A stretch of DNA of 64,000 bases, from IMG/VR virus record IMGVR_UViG_3300029915_000005; one strand, 5' to 3'. The notes below the pieces were generated by a model that saw only the letters and a list, made by a program, of their open reading frames with translations, was not told the DNA's origin and ran no database searches. Of this stretch, positions 39,925 to 49,889 are shown in pieces. The position numbers and the translations under genes are program-made. The stretch's first letter is position 1. Each line of letters opens with the position of its first letter. This DNA is from a virus.

Positions 39925-40185
39925 ATGGCATTGACACAAGCATTAGGACCAGCAGAAATTCAAAGATTGAAAGATTTGGTATATGAAGGAGTTAAAGTAA
40001 AAGAGGAAGTGGAATCATTAAATGAAGGCATGAATGAAACAGTTAAAGCCATTTCAGAGGAACTTCAGATTCCAGCGAAGCTGTTAAAGACTGCTATTAC
40101 AGTGGCTCATAAAGGTAATTTTAAAGATCACGAAGAAGATTTAAAAGATTTGGAAGCTATTCTTACAGCTATTGGACGCAAATAA
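39925..40185 (+). CDS. Small dsDNA-binding protein-like (T4 DsbA/GapR-like)
   Basis: AAGGAG RBS; 86-aa helical protein (LNEGMNETVKAISEELQIPAKLLKTAI) upstream of the polymerase. Confidence 0.5.
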   Translation: MALTQALGPAEIQRLKDLVYEGVKVKEEVESLNEGMNETVKAISEELQIPAKLLKTAITVAHKGNFKDHEEDLKDLEAILTAIGRK

Positions 40186-40200
40186 TACGGAAACTTAATA

Positions 40201-41349
40201 ATGCGGGCAAATACCACAGCGATCTTTATAAAAAAATCAAATATTGCTCATAATAGTAAATTTGGTTATCAAAAATCAGTATATATTAATAATAATACTA
40301 ATATATGCGTTATTTGCCCAATTCACGGAGATTTATTGGTTAATCCAGCAAATCATATGAAAGGTCATGACTGTTTTGAATGTTCTAAAAATAATCGTCC
40401 CAGAAAATCAGTAGACGAATTTATTACTTTTTGTAATTCTTTATATAACAATAAATATGATTATTCTAAAGTTACAGAAACATATTCTATTATTAGAAAT
40501 AAAGTATGTATAATATGCCTCATTCATGGAGAATTTTGGATTACTGCTGATAGTCATAAACATGGCCATGGTTGTATTCAATGTTCTAATAAACTTGGTG
40601 GAATTTTACGGCTAAAAACACTAGAACAATTTATTAAATATGCAAATAAAATTCACAATTTTAGATATGATTATTCAAAATCTATATATCTCGGTGATAA
40701 AGCTAATATAGAAATTATTTGTAAAACTCATGGAAGTTTCTGGCAAACTCCTAATAATCATTTAGCTGGAGAAAATTGCTTAGAGTGTGGGAGAGAATCT
40801 ACTAGTGATAAATTGAGAGGGAATATAGTTGATATTATCAATAGAGCAAATATAGTACATAATTTCAGATATCAGTATAATTTAATCAATGAATATAAAA
40901 AATTCAGTCAAAAAGTTAAAATAATATGTCCTGATCATGGAGTCTTTGTTCAAACAATTGGCAGTCATTTATCTGGAAATGGGTGCCAAAATTGTAAATT
41001 ATCTAATGGGGAATTATTGATTAGAAATTATTTAAAGACTAATAATATTAGCTTTAATTCGCAAATAAAATTTAATGATTGCAAGAATATAAAAAGTTTA
41101 CCATTTGATTTTGGTTTAAGAAATAAAGATAACAAATTAATAGCACTTATAGAATTTCAAGGTGGCCAGCATTACAAATCTATAGAATTGTTTGGTGGAG
41201 AAATAACATTTAAAAATCAACAAAGAAATGATCAAATAAAATTTGATTTTTGTTTTAATAATAAAATTCCTTTGTTATGTATTCCTTATTGGAAGCAAAA
41301 GACTATTAATAAAATACTCGACGAATTTATTCTAACTTTAAAATTTTAA
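40201..41349 (+). CDS. Zn-repeat + Vsr/PD-(D/E)XK-type free-standing endonuclease
   Basis: Four ICxxHG...HxxGxxCxxC repeats; LPFDF...IEFQGGQHY...IPLLCIPYW. Confidence 0.75.
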   Translation: MRANTTAIFIKKSNIAHNSKFGYQKSVYINNNTNICVICPIHGDLLVNPANHMKGHDCFECSKNNRPRKSVDEFITFCNSLYNNKYDYSKVTETYSIIRNKVCIICLIHGEFWITADSHKHGHGCIQCSNKLGGILRLKTLEQFIKYANKIHNFRYDYSKSIYLGDKANIEIICKTHGSFWQTPNNHLAGENCLECGRESTSDKLRGNIVDIINRANIVHNFRYQYNLINEYKKFSQKVKIICPDHGVFVQTIGSHLSGNGCQNCKLSNGELLIRNYLKTNNISFNSQIKFNDCKNIKSLPFDFGLRNKDNKLIALIEFQGGQHYKSIELFGGEITFKNQQRNDQIKFDFCFNNKIPLLCIPYWKQKTINKILDEFILTLKF

Positions 41350-41397
41350 TAATTTATTTATCTTTACTTTAAATAAAATATAAGGTATAATTTTACT

Positions 41398-44067
41398 ATG
41401 TCATATATATCAGCAATACAAAACAAAAAAACTAATTGCATAGATGTTGCGGAGAGAGTTAATGGAAAAAGGATATTTAATACATATCCTGTGGATTATT
41501 CTTTTTATATAGATGATCCAAATGGAAATCACAAAACAATTTATAATACTCCTGTAACTAAGATAATTCCGAAATCTAGTAGTGAATTTTATAAAGAACT
41601 TGCTATTTTAAAAGGAAAAAAACTTTGGGAGAGCGATCTAAATTTAGTTTTTAAATGTCTTTCTTCTAATTATAAAAGCAAACCAGCGCCAGATTTAAAT
41701 ATTTGCTTTATTGATATTGAATGCGATTTTGATCAAGAAAAAAGCGGTTATGCTCCAATTGAAGATCCTTTTAATATAATAACATCAATTACTTTGAAAT
41801 TAGAATGGTTAAATCAATTAGTTACATTGGCAGTTCCACCTAAAACAATTTCATTTGAAAAAGCACAAAAAATAGCTGAGAAATTTGAAAATACTTTTGT
41901 TTTTGAATCTGAAATTGAAATGCTCAACACAACATTGGATTTAATTCAAGATGCTGATATTTTGAGTGGTTGGAATTCTGAAGGATTTGACTTACCGTAT
42001 TTGATTAATCGAGTTGCCAGAATTATGAGCATCAACGATACGAGAAGATTTTGTTTTTGGAATGAAAAACCCAAAGCATCAAAAGTAGAAAAATATGGAA
42101 AAGAAATTAACACGTATGAGTTAGTTGGAAGAGTTCATATTGATCTTTTGGATTTATATAGAAAATATACATATGAAGAGCGCCACAGTTATAGTTTAAA
42201 TGCCATTGCTGAATATGAATTAGGAAAAAGTAAAACTGTTTATTCTGGTTCGTTGGATTCATTATATAATAATGATTTTGAAAAATTTATCGAATATAAT
42301 AGGCAAGATGTAATTCTTTTATCAGAATTAGAAGAAAAATTAAAATTCATTTTATTATTAAATGAAGTGGCGCATGACACAACAACTTTATTGCCAACTT
42401 GTTTGGGGACTGTTGCGACTTTTGATCAAGCAGTTGTTAATAGGGCTCATGAATTAGGATTGGTTGTTCCAAATAAAGGGAAATATATTGGTTCAAGTGA
42501 AGATCGTGGAATTGTTGGGGCTTATGTAGCTGATCCTAAAGTTGGAATGCACGAATGGATTGGGGTAATTGATATTAATAGTCTGTATCCCTCTGCATTG
42601 CGGGCAATGAATATGGGAATTGAAACCATTGTTGGCCAGTTACGTCCAGTTATAACAGATAATTATATTCAAGATAAATTTAAGAAAGTTTCAAATATGA
42701 CCTATGCTCATGCTTGGGAAGAACAATTTAGTTCTCTGGAATATCAAGCAGTAATGGACCAAAAATCAGGAATAGATATTACTATTGATTGGGAAGATTC
42801 AGGAAAAAGCGATACTATAACAGCAAAACAATGTTATGATTTGATTTTCAATAGTGATCAAAAATGGATGTTAAGCGCAAATGGTACAATTTTTACATAT
42901 GAAAGAGATGCTATAGTTCCAGGTCTTTTCGCTCACTGGTATAAAATTAGAAAAGAATATCAAAAAATTAAAGCAGAGTCAATCGTTCCAAGCGAAAAAA
43001 TATATTATGATAGATTGCAACATGTAAAAAAAATTCAACTTAATTCTGGATATGGGGCAATATCTAACCCAGCATCTAGATTTAGTGATAATAGGGTTGG
43101 ACAAAGTATTACGTTATCTGGTAGAACAATTTGTAAACATATGAATTCTTTTATTAATGAATGTATAACTGGAGAGTATAATTATAAAGGTGATGCAATA
43201 TGCTACGCTGATACTGATTCAAGCAATTTTTCAGCATGGCCAATAATGAAACCATTAGTTGCTGCTGGCCATACAGAGTGGAATAAAGAAATAGCAGTGC
43301 AACTTTATTTGGCAATTGGAGATAAAGTAAATGAATCATTCCAATCATTTATGGAGAAAGCATTTAATTGTCCAGAAAAATATGGGTCTTTAATTAAAGC
43401 AGTATGTGAATCTGTTGGTTATCGCGGAATTTATATGACAAAAAAACGTTATGCAATTTTAAATATGTTTAAAGATGGAAACTGGTATGATGATGACCAT
43501 CTTAAACTAAAAGCAATGGGATTGGATTTAAGACGTAGCGATACTCCAGAGATTTGCCAAAAATTTCTTACTGAAATTCTTTTAGATTTGCTGAAAGATG
43601 GCAGTGAAGAAATACTAATTCAAAAAATTAATAATTTTAGAAACAAATTTAAGAATTTGCCATTATGGGAACAAGGTACACCAAAGAGAGTCAATAATTT
43701 GACGATGTATACTGCTCAAGTTAAATCAGGAAAAGGAAGCAGAGTCCCAGGTCATGCAAGAGCAGCGATAAATTGGAATAATTTACGGGAAATGAATAAT
43801 GATAATATCCATACTCGCATAACAGATGGAATGAAATGTGTGGTAGTTCAGCTTAAAAATAATATTTTGGGGATGACTTCTGTAGCATATCCCATTGATG
43901 AAGCTCATTTGCCTGATTGGTTTACTAAACTTCCTATTGATTCTGATTCTGCGTTAGCTTCAGTGGTTGATAAAAAAATAGAAAATCTTCTTGGAAAACT
44001 ACCAAGTTGGGAAAGAATTAAAAAAGCAACTCAGCAACACACTACTTTTGAGGATTTCTTTTCATAA
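41398..44067 (+). CDS. Family B DNA polymerase (T4 gp43-like)
   Basis: Exo motifs FIDIECD, GWNSEGFD, YNRQD; pol motifs DINSLYPS, KIQLNSGYG, YADTDS, KKRYA. Confidence 0.95.
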   Translation: MSYISAIQNKKTNCIDVAERVNGKRIFNTYPVDYSFYIDDPNGNHKTIYNTPVTKIIPKSSSEFYKELAILKGKKLWESDLNLVFKCLSSNYKSKPAPDLNICFIDIECDFDQEKSGYAPIEDPFNIITSITLKLEWLNQLVTLAVPPKTISFEKAQKIAEKFENTFVFESEIEMLNTTLDLIQDADILSGWNSEGFDLPYLINRVARIMSINDTRRFCFWNEKPKASKVEKYGKEINTYELVGRVHIDLLDLYRKYTYEERHSYSLNAIAEYELGKSKTVYSGSLDSLYNNDFEKFIEYNRQDVILLSELEEKLKFILLLNEVAHDTTTLLPTCLGTVATFDQAVVNRAHELGLVVPNKGKYIGSSEDRGIVGAYVADPKVGMHEWIGVIDINSLYPSALRAMNMGIETIVGQLRPVITDNYIQDKFKKVSNMTYAHAWEEQFSSLEYQAVMDQKSGIDITIDWEDSGKSDTITAKQCYDLIFNSDQKWMLSANGTIFTYERDAIVPGLFAHWYKIRKEYQKIKAESIVPSEKIYYDRLQHVKKIQLNSGYGAISNPASRFSDNRVGQSITLSGRTICKHMNSFINECITGEYNYKGDAICYADTDSSNFSAWPIMKPLVAAGHTEWNKEIAVQLYLAIGDKVNESFQSFMEKAFNCPEKYGSLIKAVCESVGYRGIYMTKKRYAILNMFKDGNWYDDDHLKLKAMGLDLRRSDTPEICQKFLTEILLDLLKDGSEEILIQKINNFRNKFKNLPLWEQGTPKRVNNLTMYTAQVKSGKGSRVPGHARAAINWNNLREMNNDNIHTRITDGMKCVVVQLKNNILGMTSVAYPIDEAHLPDWFTKLPIDSDSALASVVDKKIENLLGKLPSWERIKKATQQHTTFEDFFS

Positions 44068-44072
44068 TTTCA

Positions 44073-44101
44073 TTGACATTTCTGCCAAATAAACATATAA
44101 T
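44073..44101 (+). promoter_or_regulatory. sigma70-type promoter TTGACA-N17-TATAAT
   Basis: Perfect consensus upstream of the 44140 gene. Confidence 0.8.
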
Positions 44102-44139
44102 TAAAACATAGAATTTATATAAATAATAAAGGAAAAATT

Positions 44140-44862
44140 ATGATTGATGCATTAAAAGAAATATTGGAATATACAAATGGTTTGGGTTTTCTCGAACTAG
44201 TTAAAGTTACAGGGACTGATACAACAACTGAATTAAATAGCATTGCTGCTGATCAATCAGTGGTTTTGAATTCACAATTTATTAAACCAGTTTCTGAATT
44301 GGAAGGTGTTTTTGGGTTGCATGACCTTGGTAGATTGAACACAATTCTATCCATTCCTGAATATAAATCAAATGCATTTATTCAGATAACTAAAACAAAT
44401 GATGTTCCAGTTGGAATTTCATTTCAAAATGCTAATCGAGATTTCAGAAATGACTATCGATTTATGAGCAAAGAAGTAATTGAAACTCAAATTCCCACAA
44501 AAATTAGAAAGAATATCAATTGGGATGTTTCTTTTGTTCCGACGCAGAATGCTATTCAGAAATTAAAATTTCAGTCGCAAGCAGCAGGTGCTACAGAAGG
44601 GACATTTAATGCTAAGGTTGACAAGAATAATTTGTATTTTTCAATTGGCGATCATAGTACTCATACTGGCGAATTTGTATTTTCTTCTGGTATTCCTGGA
44701 AAACTAAATACTCCCCGAGATTGGCCACTTTCTCACGTTCAAGGGATTTTGAATCTCACTGGCGACAAAGTTATGAAGATTTCAGATGCTGGTGCAATGC
44801 AAATTACAGTAACGAGCGGTTTGGCAGTCCATCAATACACAATTCTTGCATCTTGCAAGTAA
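44140..44862 (+). CDS. Putative sliding clamp (gp45-like)
   Basis: 240 aa, directly after the polymerase; FGLHDL..L and YRFM patterns; the polymerase ends in a clamp-binding-like FEDFF. Confidence 0.6.
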   Translation: MIDALKEILEYTNGLGFLELVKVTGTDTTTELNSIAADQSVVLNSQFIKPVSELEGVFGLHDLGRLNTILSIPEYKSNAFIQITKTNDVPVGISFQNANRDFRNDYRFMSKEVIETQIPTKIRKNINWDVSFVPTQNAIQKLKFQSQAAGATEGTFNAKVDKNNLYFSIGDHSTHTGEFVFSSGIPGKLNTPRDWPLSHVQGILNLTGDKVMKISDAGAMQITVTSGLAVHQYTILASCK

Positions 44863-44922
44863 ATGAGGTAACTATGGAACTACTTGTATTGGGATCCAAA
44901 AGATAGTAACTAGGAGAATATT

Positions 44923-46443
44923 TTGAATCAGGAAAAATTACCGCAGCATGATATGTGGCAAGAACAACTTGATTCAAATGGATTGAGTAAATGGGCAGCA
45001 TATCTTCCATCAGTGAGTAATTATTTCAGTGCATTTGTTGGACGACAAAGAGCTATGCAAAAGCACTTTGTCGATCCAGCAAGAATTCCTATTAATTTTG
45101 AAAATGGCATTGAAGGTCTTAATTGGACTAATAAGAATTTAGGATATTTTTATTATAAACCAAATCTTTTTAGTGCTGGTAATGCAAATTTAGATATTAA
45201 TAAATATGATTCTAAAGAATTAATGTTGCGAGATAGAGATAAAAAACAGAGTTTTGTTCTGGCAGATTCTGGTGGATTCCAAATAGCAAAGGGTAGTTGG
45301 GAAGCAGATTGGAAGGACATAAACTGCCCCAAAGCTAAAGAAAAGAGAGAGAAAGTTTTATCTTGGATGGAAGCTTATGCAGATTATGGTATTATTTTAG
45401 ATATTCCTTCATGGACTTGCTCTTCAGAAAAAAGCAGAAAAGCAACAGGAATTAATTCTATTAATGATGCAACTGTTGCAACTTTGATTAATAATGAGTA
45501 TTTTATAAAAAATAGGACTGGAGAATGCAAACTACTTAATGTTCTTCAAGGAAGTAATCATACTGAATCTGATAATTGGTATGGTATTATGAAGAAATTT
45601 TGCGATCCAAAACAATATAGCAATCATTTTGATGGTTGGTCGTTCGCAAGTCAAAATGCTTGGGAACCGCATTTGGCATTGAAAAGATTGGTTGATTGCC
45701 GATTTGATGGATTATTAGAACCTGGAGTTCATGATTGGGTGCATTTTCTTGGAAATTCTGATTTAGAATGGTCTTTGTTGCTGTCAGATATTCAAAGATC
45801 AATTAGAAAATATCACAATCCCAAATTAACAATTAGTTATGATTGTGCCACGCCGTTTTTAACGGCTGGATTTGGCGGAATATATTATGATACTATAGGT
45901 AAAGATAAAGATCATTGGACTTTTTCAGTTGCTAAAGGAATCGAAGGTAAAAAATATTCAACTGACTATCGATCATTAAAAGAGGTTGGAGAACAAGATG
46001 GTTATTATTCTAAGTTTGAAGATAGCCCAATTAGTGCAAGACTTAAAATTAGTGATGTGTGTTTTCACGGACCAAAATCACTAAATAAATCAGGAAAAGT
46101 ATCTAAAAATAGTTGGGACTCATTTTCATATGCTTTAATTCAAGCACACAATGTTTGGGAGCATATTGAAACTATACATTGTGCAAATAAAAAATATGAT
46201 AGTGGTATTTTTCCAGCAGTAATGACTACTTTAACCAGTAATAAAAAAAATGGGTCCATTCTTTATTATGATAAATTATTTTGTAGTGATATCATAGACA
46301 GTATTTTTCAAACAAGTCATTATGATGAAGCTATGAAATTAATAGATGATTATGATCGATATTGGATGTGCTTTCGTGGTCGTGGGAAGTGCGGATTAAA
46401 ATCTAAAAATTCACAAACTACTTTTAATAAGATATTTTATTAA
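44923..46443 (+). CDS. TGT-fold transglycosylase, DpdA-like (7-deazaguanine DNA insertion)
   Basis: LADSGGFQI, ILDIP, LNVLQG, HFLG, SYD motifs of TGT-family enzymes; between replication genes and folE/queE; GGAG RBS with TTG start. Confidence 0.75.
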   Translation: MNQEKLPQHDMWQEQLDSNGLSKWAAYLPSVSNYFSAFVGRQRAMQKHFVDPARIPINFENGIEGLNWTNKNLGYFYYKPNLFSAGNANLDINKYDSKELMLRDRDKKQSFVLADSGGFQIAKGSWEADWKDINCPKAKEKREKVLSWMEAYADYGIILDIPSWTCSSEKSRKATGINSINDATVATLINNEYFIKNRTGECKLLNVLQGSNHTESDNWYGIMKKFCDPKQYSNHFDGWSFASQNAWEPHLALKRLVDCRFDGLLEPGVHDWVHFLGNSDLEWSLLLSDIQRSIRKYHNPKLTISYDCATPFLTAGFGGIYYDTIGKDKDHWTFSVAKGIEGKKYSTDYRSLKEVGEQDGYYSKFEDSPISARLKISDVCFHGPKSLNKSGKVSKNSWDSFSYALIQAHNVWEHIETIHCANKKYDSGIFPAVMTTLTSNKKNGSILYYDKLFCSDIIDSIFQTSHYDEAMKLIDDYDRYWMCFRGRGKCGLKSKNSQTTFNKIFY

Positions 46444-46552
46444 AAAATTTCTTAATACGTTTTTCTATTTTATTTTTATTACAATAAGAAATGATTAATA
46501 TTGGAATTTTATTGGCTCTTTCTATGAAATATTCCGTTGTATAAATAAACAT
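46424..46552 (-). pseudogene. Miniature (42-aa) internally deleted Zn-repeat endonuclease
   Basis: MFIYTTEYFIERANKI joined to PILIISYCNKNKIEKRIKKFF, i.e. the N- and C-termini of the 25194/40201 family. Confidence 0.65.
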
Positions 46553-46619
46553 ATGCTGATGTTCTCCTATCGAACGTTAGAGTCAGTAGATGTTCTCGCA
46601 TCGTGGCTGGCATTATTTA
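46540..46619 (+). ncRNA. Two-hairpin structured element, copy 2
   Basis: TATAAATA; CTGATGTTC-tcctatc-GAACGTTAG; GTCAGT-A-GATG-ttctcg-CATC-GTG-GCTGGC; TATTTA. Confidence 0.6.
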
Positions 46620-46672
46620 TGCTTGACTTTGATAAGTTTCTTTGATAATATTAGATATAAGGAAAAATAATA

Positions 46673-47347
46673 ATGAGCGAAGGAAAAGCTGATCCATTGT
46701 TGGGAATGATTATTAAAAAAATTCTGCAAGAAAAAGGTGTGGAAACTCCTACGTCAGATTCTTCTATTTTTAATAGTGATTATCAAAAAATTGAATCAAT
46801 AGAAATAAATTTTCGTAATATAATGAAGATGTTGAACTTAGATTTATCTGATGATAGTTTGAAAGAAACTCCCAGAAGATTTGCTAAAATGTTAGTGTAT
46901 GAAACAATGTGGGGATTGGACTATAATAATTTTCCAAAATGTACAACTGTCGAAAATAGGATGCTATATGACGAAATGGTAACAGTAAAAGATATAACAG
47001 TTCATTCAGTTTGTGAACATCATTTCCAAAATTTTGATGGATATGCAACCATTGCTTATATACCACATAATAAGATTTTGGGATTGAGTAAATTTCCTAG
47101 AATTGTTGATTTCTTTTCTAGAAGACCACAAATTCAAGAGAGATTAACAGAACAAATATTTTATGCTCTTAACTACATTTTAGAAACAGACAATATTGCT
47201 GTAGCAATAAATGCAGAGCATTCATGTGTTCGCAATCGCGGTATTCGTGACCAAAATAGTAGTACCATTACTTCTAGACTGGGTGGAGTATTTAAAGAGA
47301 ACCCTAGCGCTAAAGCAGAATTTATGGCATTTTTTAATTCTAAATAA
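46673..47347 (+). CDS. folE: GTP cyclohydrolase I
   Basis: ETPRRFAKM, SVCEHHF, GLSKFPRIV, RPQIQERLT, HSCVRNRG. Confidence 0.95.
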   Translation: MSEGKADPLLGMIIKKILQEKGVETPTSDSSIFNSDYQKIESIEINFRNIMKMLNLDLSDDSLKETPRRFAKMLVYETMWGLDYNNFPKCTTVENRMLYDEMVTVKDITVHSVCEHHFQNFDGYATIAYIPHNKILGLSKFPRIVDFFSRRPQIQERLTEQIFYALNYILETDNIAVAINAEHSCVRNRGIRDQNSSTITSRLGGVFKENPSAKAEFMAFFNSK

Positions 47348-47411
47348 ATGCTTGACTGATAGCAAAGACTATCTGGTGGAGGCAATCACATTAAATCGTG
47401 ATGTCCTAAAT

Positions 47412-47440
47412 AAAAGGGAATGAGTAACACATTCCCTTTT
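47412..47440. terminator. Putative terminator
   Basis: aaaagggaatg-agtaaca-cattcccttttt-type inverted repeat after folE. Confidence 0.55.
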
Positions 47441-47459
47441 AATTGGAGAAAATATAGTT

Positions 47460-47624
47460 ATGTATCATACTTTGTATTATTTGTTTTCTAAACCAGCCAA
47501 AGGAGTAAGTTTATGGACTGCATTTTGGTGTCGTTTAAAAGGGCATTCGTGTGGAGTTATTTTGTTTACTAGCAATTTTGAACCAGATATGCGTTGTAAA
47601 AATTGCAATGATGATTTAGGATAA
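47460..47624 (+). CDS. Small Cys/His protein, 54 aa (WCRLKGH...CKNC), not in the ORF track
   Basis: GGAG RBS; fills the intergenic gap. Confidence 0.5.
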   Translation: MYHTLYYLFSKPAKGVSLWTAFWCRLKGHSCGVILFTSNFEPDMRCKNCNDDLG

Positions 47625-47627
47625 ATT

Positions 47628-47987
47628 ATGTTGAATGAAAAATTTAATCTAAAAAACGATCTGAAAAATAGTGCATATATAAAAGAGAAAATTAAAGATG
47701 ATAATTATGCTCAAAATTTATATGCTGCATTAATATGCAAATGGCAACCATTGGATATTGAGTCTATATTAGTTGGTGAATATTGGTCAACTTCATGGAG
47801 AGGTTCAGGATCAGTGGTTGCTGAATTGAGAGATTGCGGCGAAACTTATATAAATTATTATTGTTCTGGAATGGGTTCTGACGACATTATTAAATTACGA
47901 TATCCAAAGTTTGTTAATGAAGAAGTGGTTACTGATGAAATTAGAACTGATTTATTAAAGCTGGGATGGAAGCAACTAAAGGATTAA
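47628..47987 (+). CDS. Hypothetical phage protein
   Basis: YAQNLYAAL...SWRGSG...YYCSG...DLLKLGW; packed in the operon. Confidence 0.6.
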   Translation: MLNEKFNLKNDLKNSAYIKEKIKDDNYAQNLYAALICKWQPLDIESILVGEYWSTSWRGSGSVVAELRDCGETYINYYCSGMGSDDIIKLRYPKFVNEEVVTDEIRTDLLKLGWKQLKD

Positions 47988-47988
47988 T

Positions 47989-48387
47989 ATGACAAGTTGG
48001 CATTTTGGTGGTAATTGTTACTTTAAATATCGTTCAGGATCGATTTATTTAATTGATCGACCATGGTGGTTAGCATTGGTTGTATGGTTCAGTGATGAAA
48101 TTCTTGGAAGAATATGCGATTTATTGATGTGTATTCCTCTTCCCAAATATGGAAGAATAGTAGAGCAAGGCCAAGTTTTCACGATTAAAGAATATTATGG
48201 AACAGTTGGTGATTTATTCCATATTTATATTCATGATCCAGTATTTACTTGGTGTTGGACACATAAAAAGAAAAAAGAAATTATAGTTGACGTTGGATAT
48301 GATAAATTAAAAGAATTATTCAATGACTATGATGGCAAGTATTTTAAAGATATAGAAGATAGACATAAGGAATATGATGGCAATTAA
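47989..48387 (+). CDS. Hypothetical protein
   Basis: 132-aa ORF packed in the operon. Confidence 0.55.
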   Translation: MTSWHFGGNCYFKYRSGSIYLIDRPWWLALVVWFSDEILGRICDLLMCIPLPKYGRIVEQGQVFTIKEYYGTVGDLFHIYIHDPVFTWCWTHKKKKEIIVDVGYDKLKELFNDYDGKYFKDIEDRHKEYDGN

Positions 48388-49243
48388 AATAGCAGAAATT
48401 TTTGGTGGTAATAAAAAAGGTGGAACAATTCAAGGCGAAGGATATAGTGGAACTCCTAGTGTATTCGTTCGTGTTTTTGGGTGCAACAAAACTTGTGCTG
48501 GATTTAATATGCCACTGGGAGAAAAAAGCACAGAAAGATTTCAAGTTGATCCAACCAAATATACTGATTTTAAGCAATTACCAATATTAAATTTTGGATG
48601 CGATTCTTACAGTTCTTGGGACCCTCGTTTTAAAGATTTAAGTCCAGAACAAACCATAGAACAAATAGTTGATAGAATTCAAAATTTGCTTAGAGATGGA
48701 AAATTCAATCAGGATTGCCATTTGATTTTAACTGGCGGAGAACCCTTACTTGGATGGCAAAAGCAGTATCCAGAGTTATTAAAAGAAATTTATAATAGAA
48801 ATATGAATCTCACTGATCTTACTTTTGAAACTAACGGAACAAAGAAAATTTCCAGTGAATTAAGAAGAGGATTATGTGATTGCTATAATTTTCATCATTT
48901 AAATACATTATTTTCAGTTAGTGCAAAATTGCCTTGTTCTGGAGAAACTTGGGAATCATCTATTTTACCAGAAGTAGTGATGGATTATACAACTATTCCA
49001 GGAAGTAAAGTTTATTTGAAATTTGTGGTTTCTAATGATGAAGATTTGAATGATGTAAAACAAGCAGAAAAAGAATATAGAGATGCTGGATTCAAAGGAT
49101 CTATATATTTGATGGCAGAAGGATCAAATAATGTAAATAATTCTCATAATGCTACAAAAGTAGCAGAAATGGCAATTGAAAATGGTTATAGATATTCACC
49201 AAGATTACAATGTTCTTTGTGGAATAACAAGTGGGGATTTTGA
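48374..49243 (+). CDS. queE: 7-carboxy-7-deazaguanine synthase (radical SAM)
   Basis: EIF...TIQGEG..G.PSVFVRVFGCNKTC, GCDSY, LTGGEPLL, FETNGT, YSPRLQ. Confidence 0.9.
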   Translation: MMAIKIAEIFGGNKKGGTIQGEGYSGTPSVFVRVFGCNKTCAGFNMPLGEKSTERFQVDPTKYTDFKQLPILNFGCDSYSSWDPRFKDLSPEQTIEQIVDRIQNLLRDGKFNQDCHLILTGGEPLLGWQKQYPELLKEIYNRNMNLTDLTFETNGTKKISSELRRGLCDCYNFHHLNTLFSVSAKLPCSGETWESSILPEVVMDYTTIPGSKVYLKFVVSNDEDLNDVKQAEKEYRDAGFKGSIYLMAEGSNNVNNSHNATKVAEMAIENGYRYSPRLQCSLWNNKWGF

Positions 49244-49320
49244 TTAATGCAAACATTGTAATGAGAACACAATAAAAGATGATGGATATAATTTAATAAC
49301 TAAGGGGAAATAATAGAAAT

Positions 49321-49527
49321 ATGGACGAAATTAAATTAGTGACTCTTGAAGAATGGAACAAGATGCCCCCAAAAACACAAGGCTATGTGTTTTATATGCA
49401 AGCTGAATGGCCAGAAAGTGAATTAAAATCAAAATCTAATCCATATGAGAAAAAATCAAAAGAATTTAATTTATTTGAAGAAGGCGAAGAAAGAGCTTAT
49501 ATTGATGTATTGGATATGGAGGAATAA
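49321..49527 (+). CDS. Hypothetical protein
   Basis: 68-aa ORF abutting the next gene. Confidence 0.5.
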   Translation: MDEIKLVTLEEWNKMPPKTQGYVFYMQAEWPESELKSKSNPYEKKSKEFNLFEEGEERAYIDVLDMEE

Positions 49528-49881
49528 ATGAATTTTATAAAGAAATTTTTTGAAAGAAGAAAATCTAGAAAAGAACAAAAATCAGCGAAAGAAACTGCGA
49601 CACTAAATCATGAGCCATGGGTTGATATAATTGGATTTAATATCGATCCTAATAATTTATCGGATGGCGCATTTGATTTAGATTGGAATGATGTATTTCT
49701 GGCCAAATTAGTAAAAGCTGGATATAGGGGAAGAAACGATCATGCAATAGTAGAACAATGGTTTAATGATATTTGTAGATCAGTTATTACTGAAGAATAT
49801 GAGCAAGAAACTGCTGACCCAGATAAAAGAAAAATTATCAAAAGAAAGCAATTAGAAGATGGCAGAACTGAACATTCATAA
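49528..49881 (+). CDS. Hypothetical phage protein
   Basis: GGAGG RBS; EPWV...GAFDLDWN..F...GY...IVEQWF. Confidence 0.6.
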   Translation: MNFIKKFFERRKSRKEQKSAKETATLNHEPWVDIIGFNIDPNNLSDGAFDLDWNDVFLAKLVKAGYRGRNDHAIVEQWFNDICRSVITEEYEQETADPDKRKIIKRKQLEDGRTEHS

Positions 49882-49889
49882 AGGAAATA

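Noticed and set aside
46553-46645. Leaderless peptides encoded by the hairpin elements
   Set aside because: Copies 2 and 3 have an ATG but copy 1 does not; conservation follows base pairing rather than codons.
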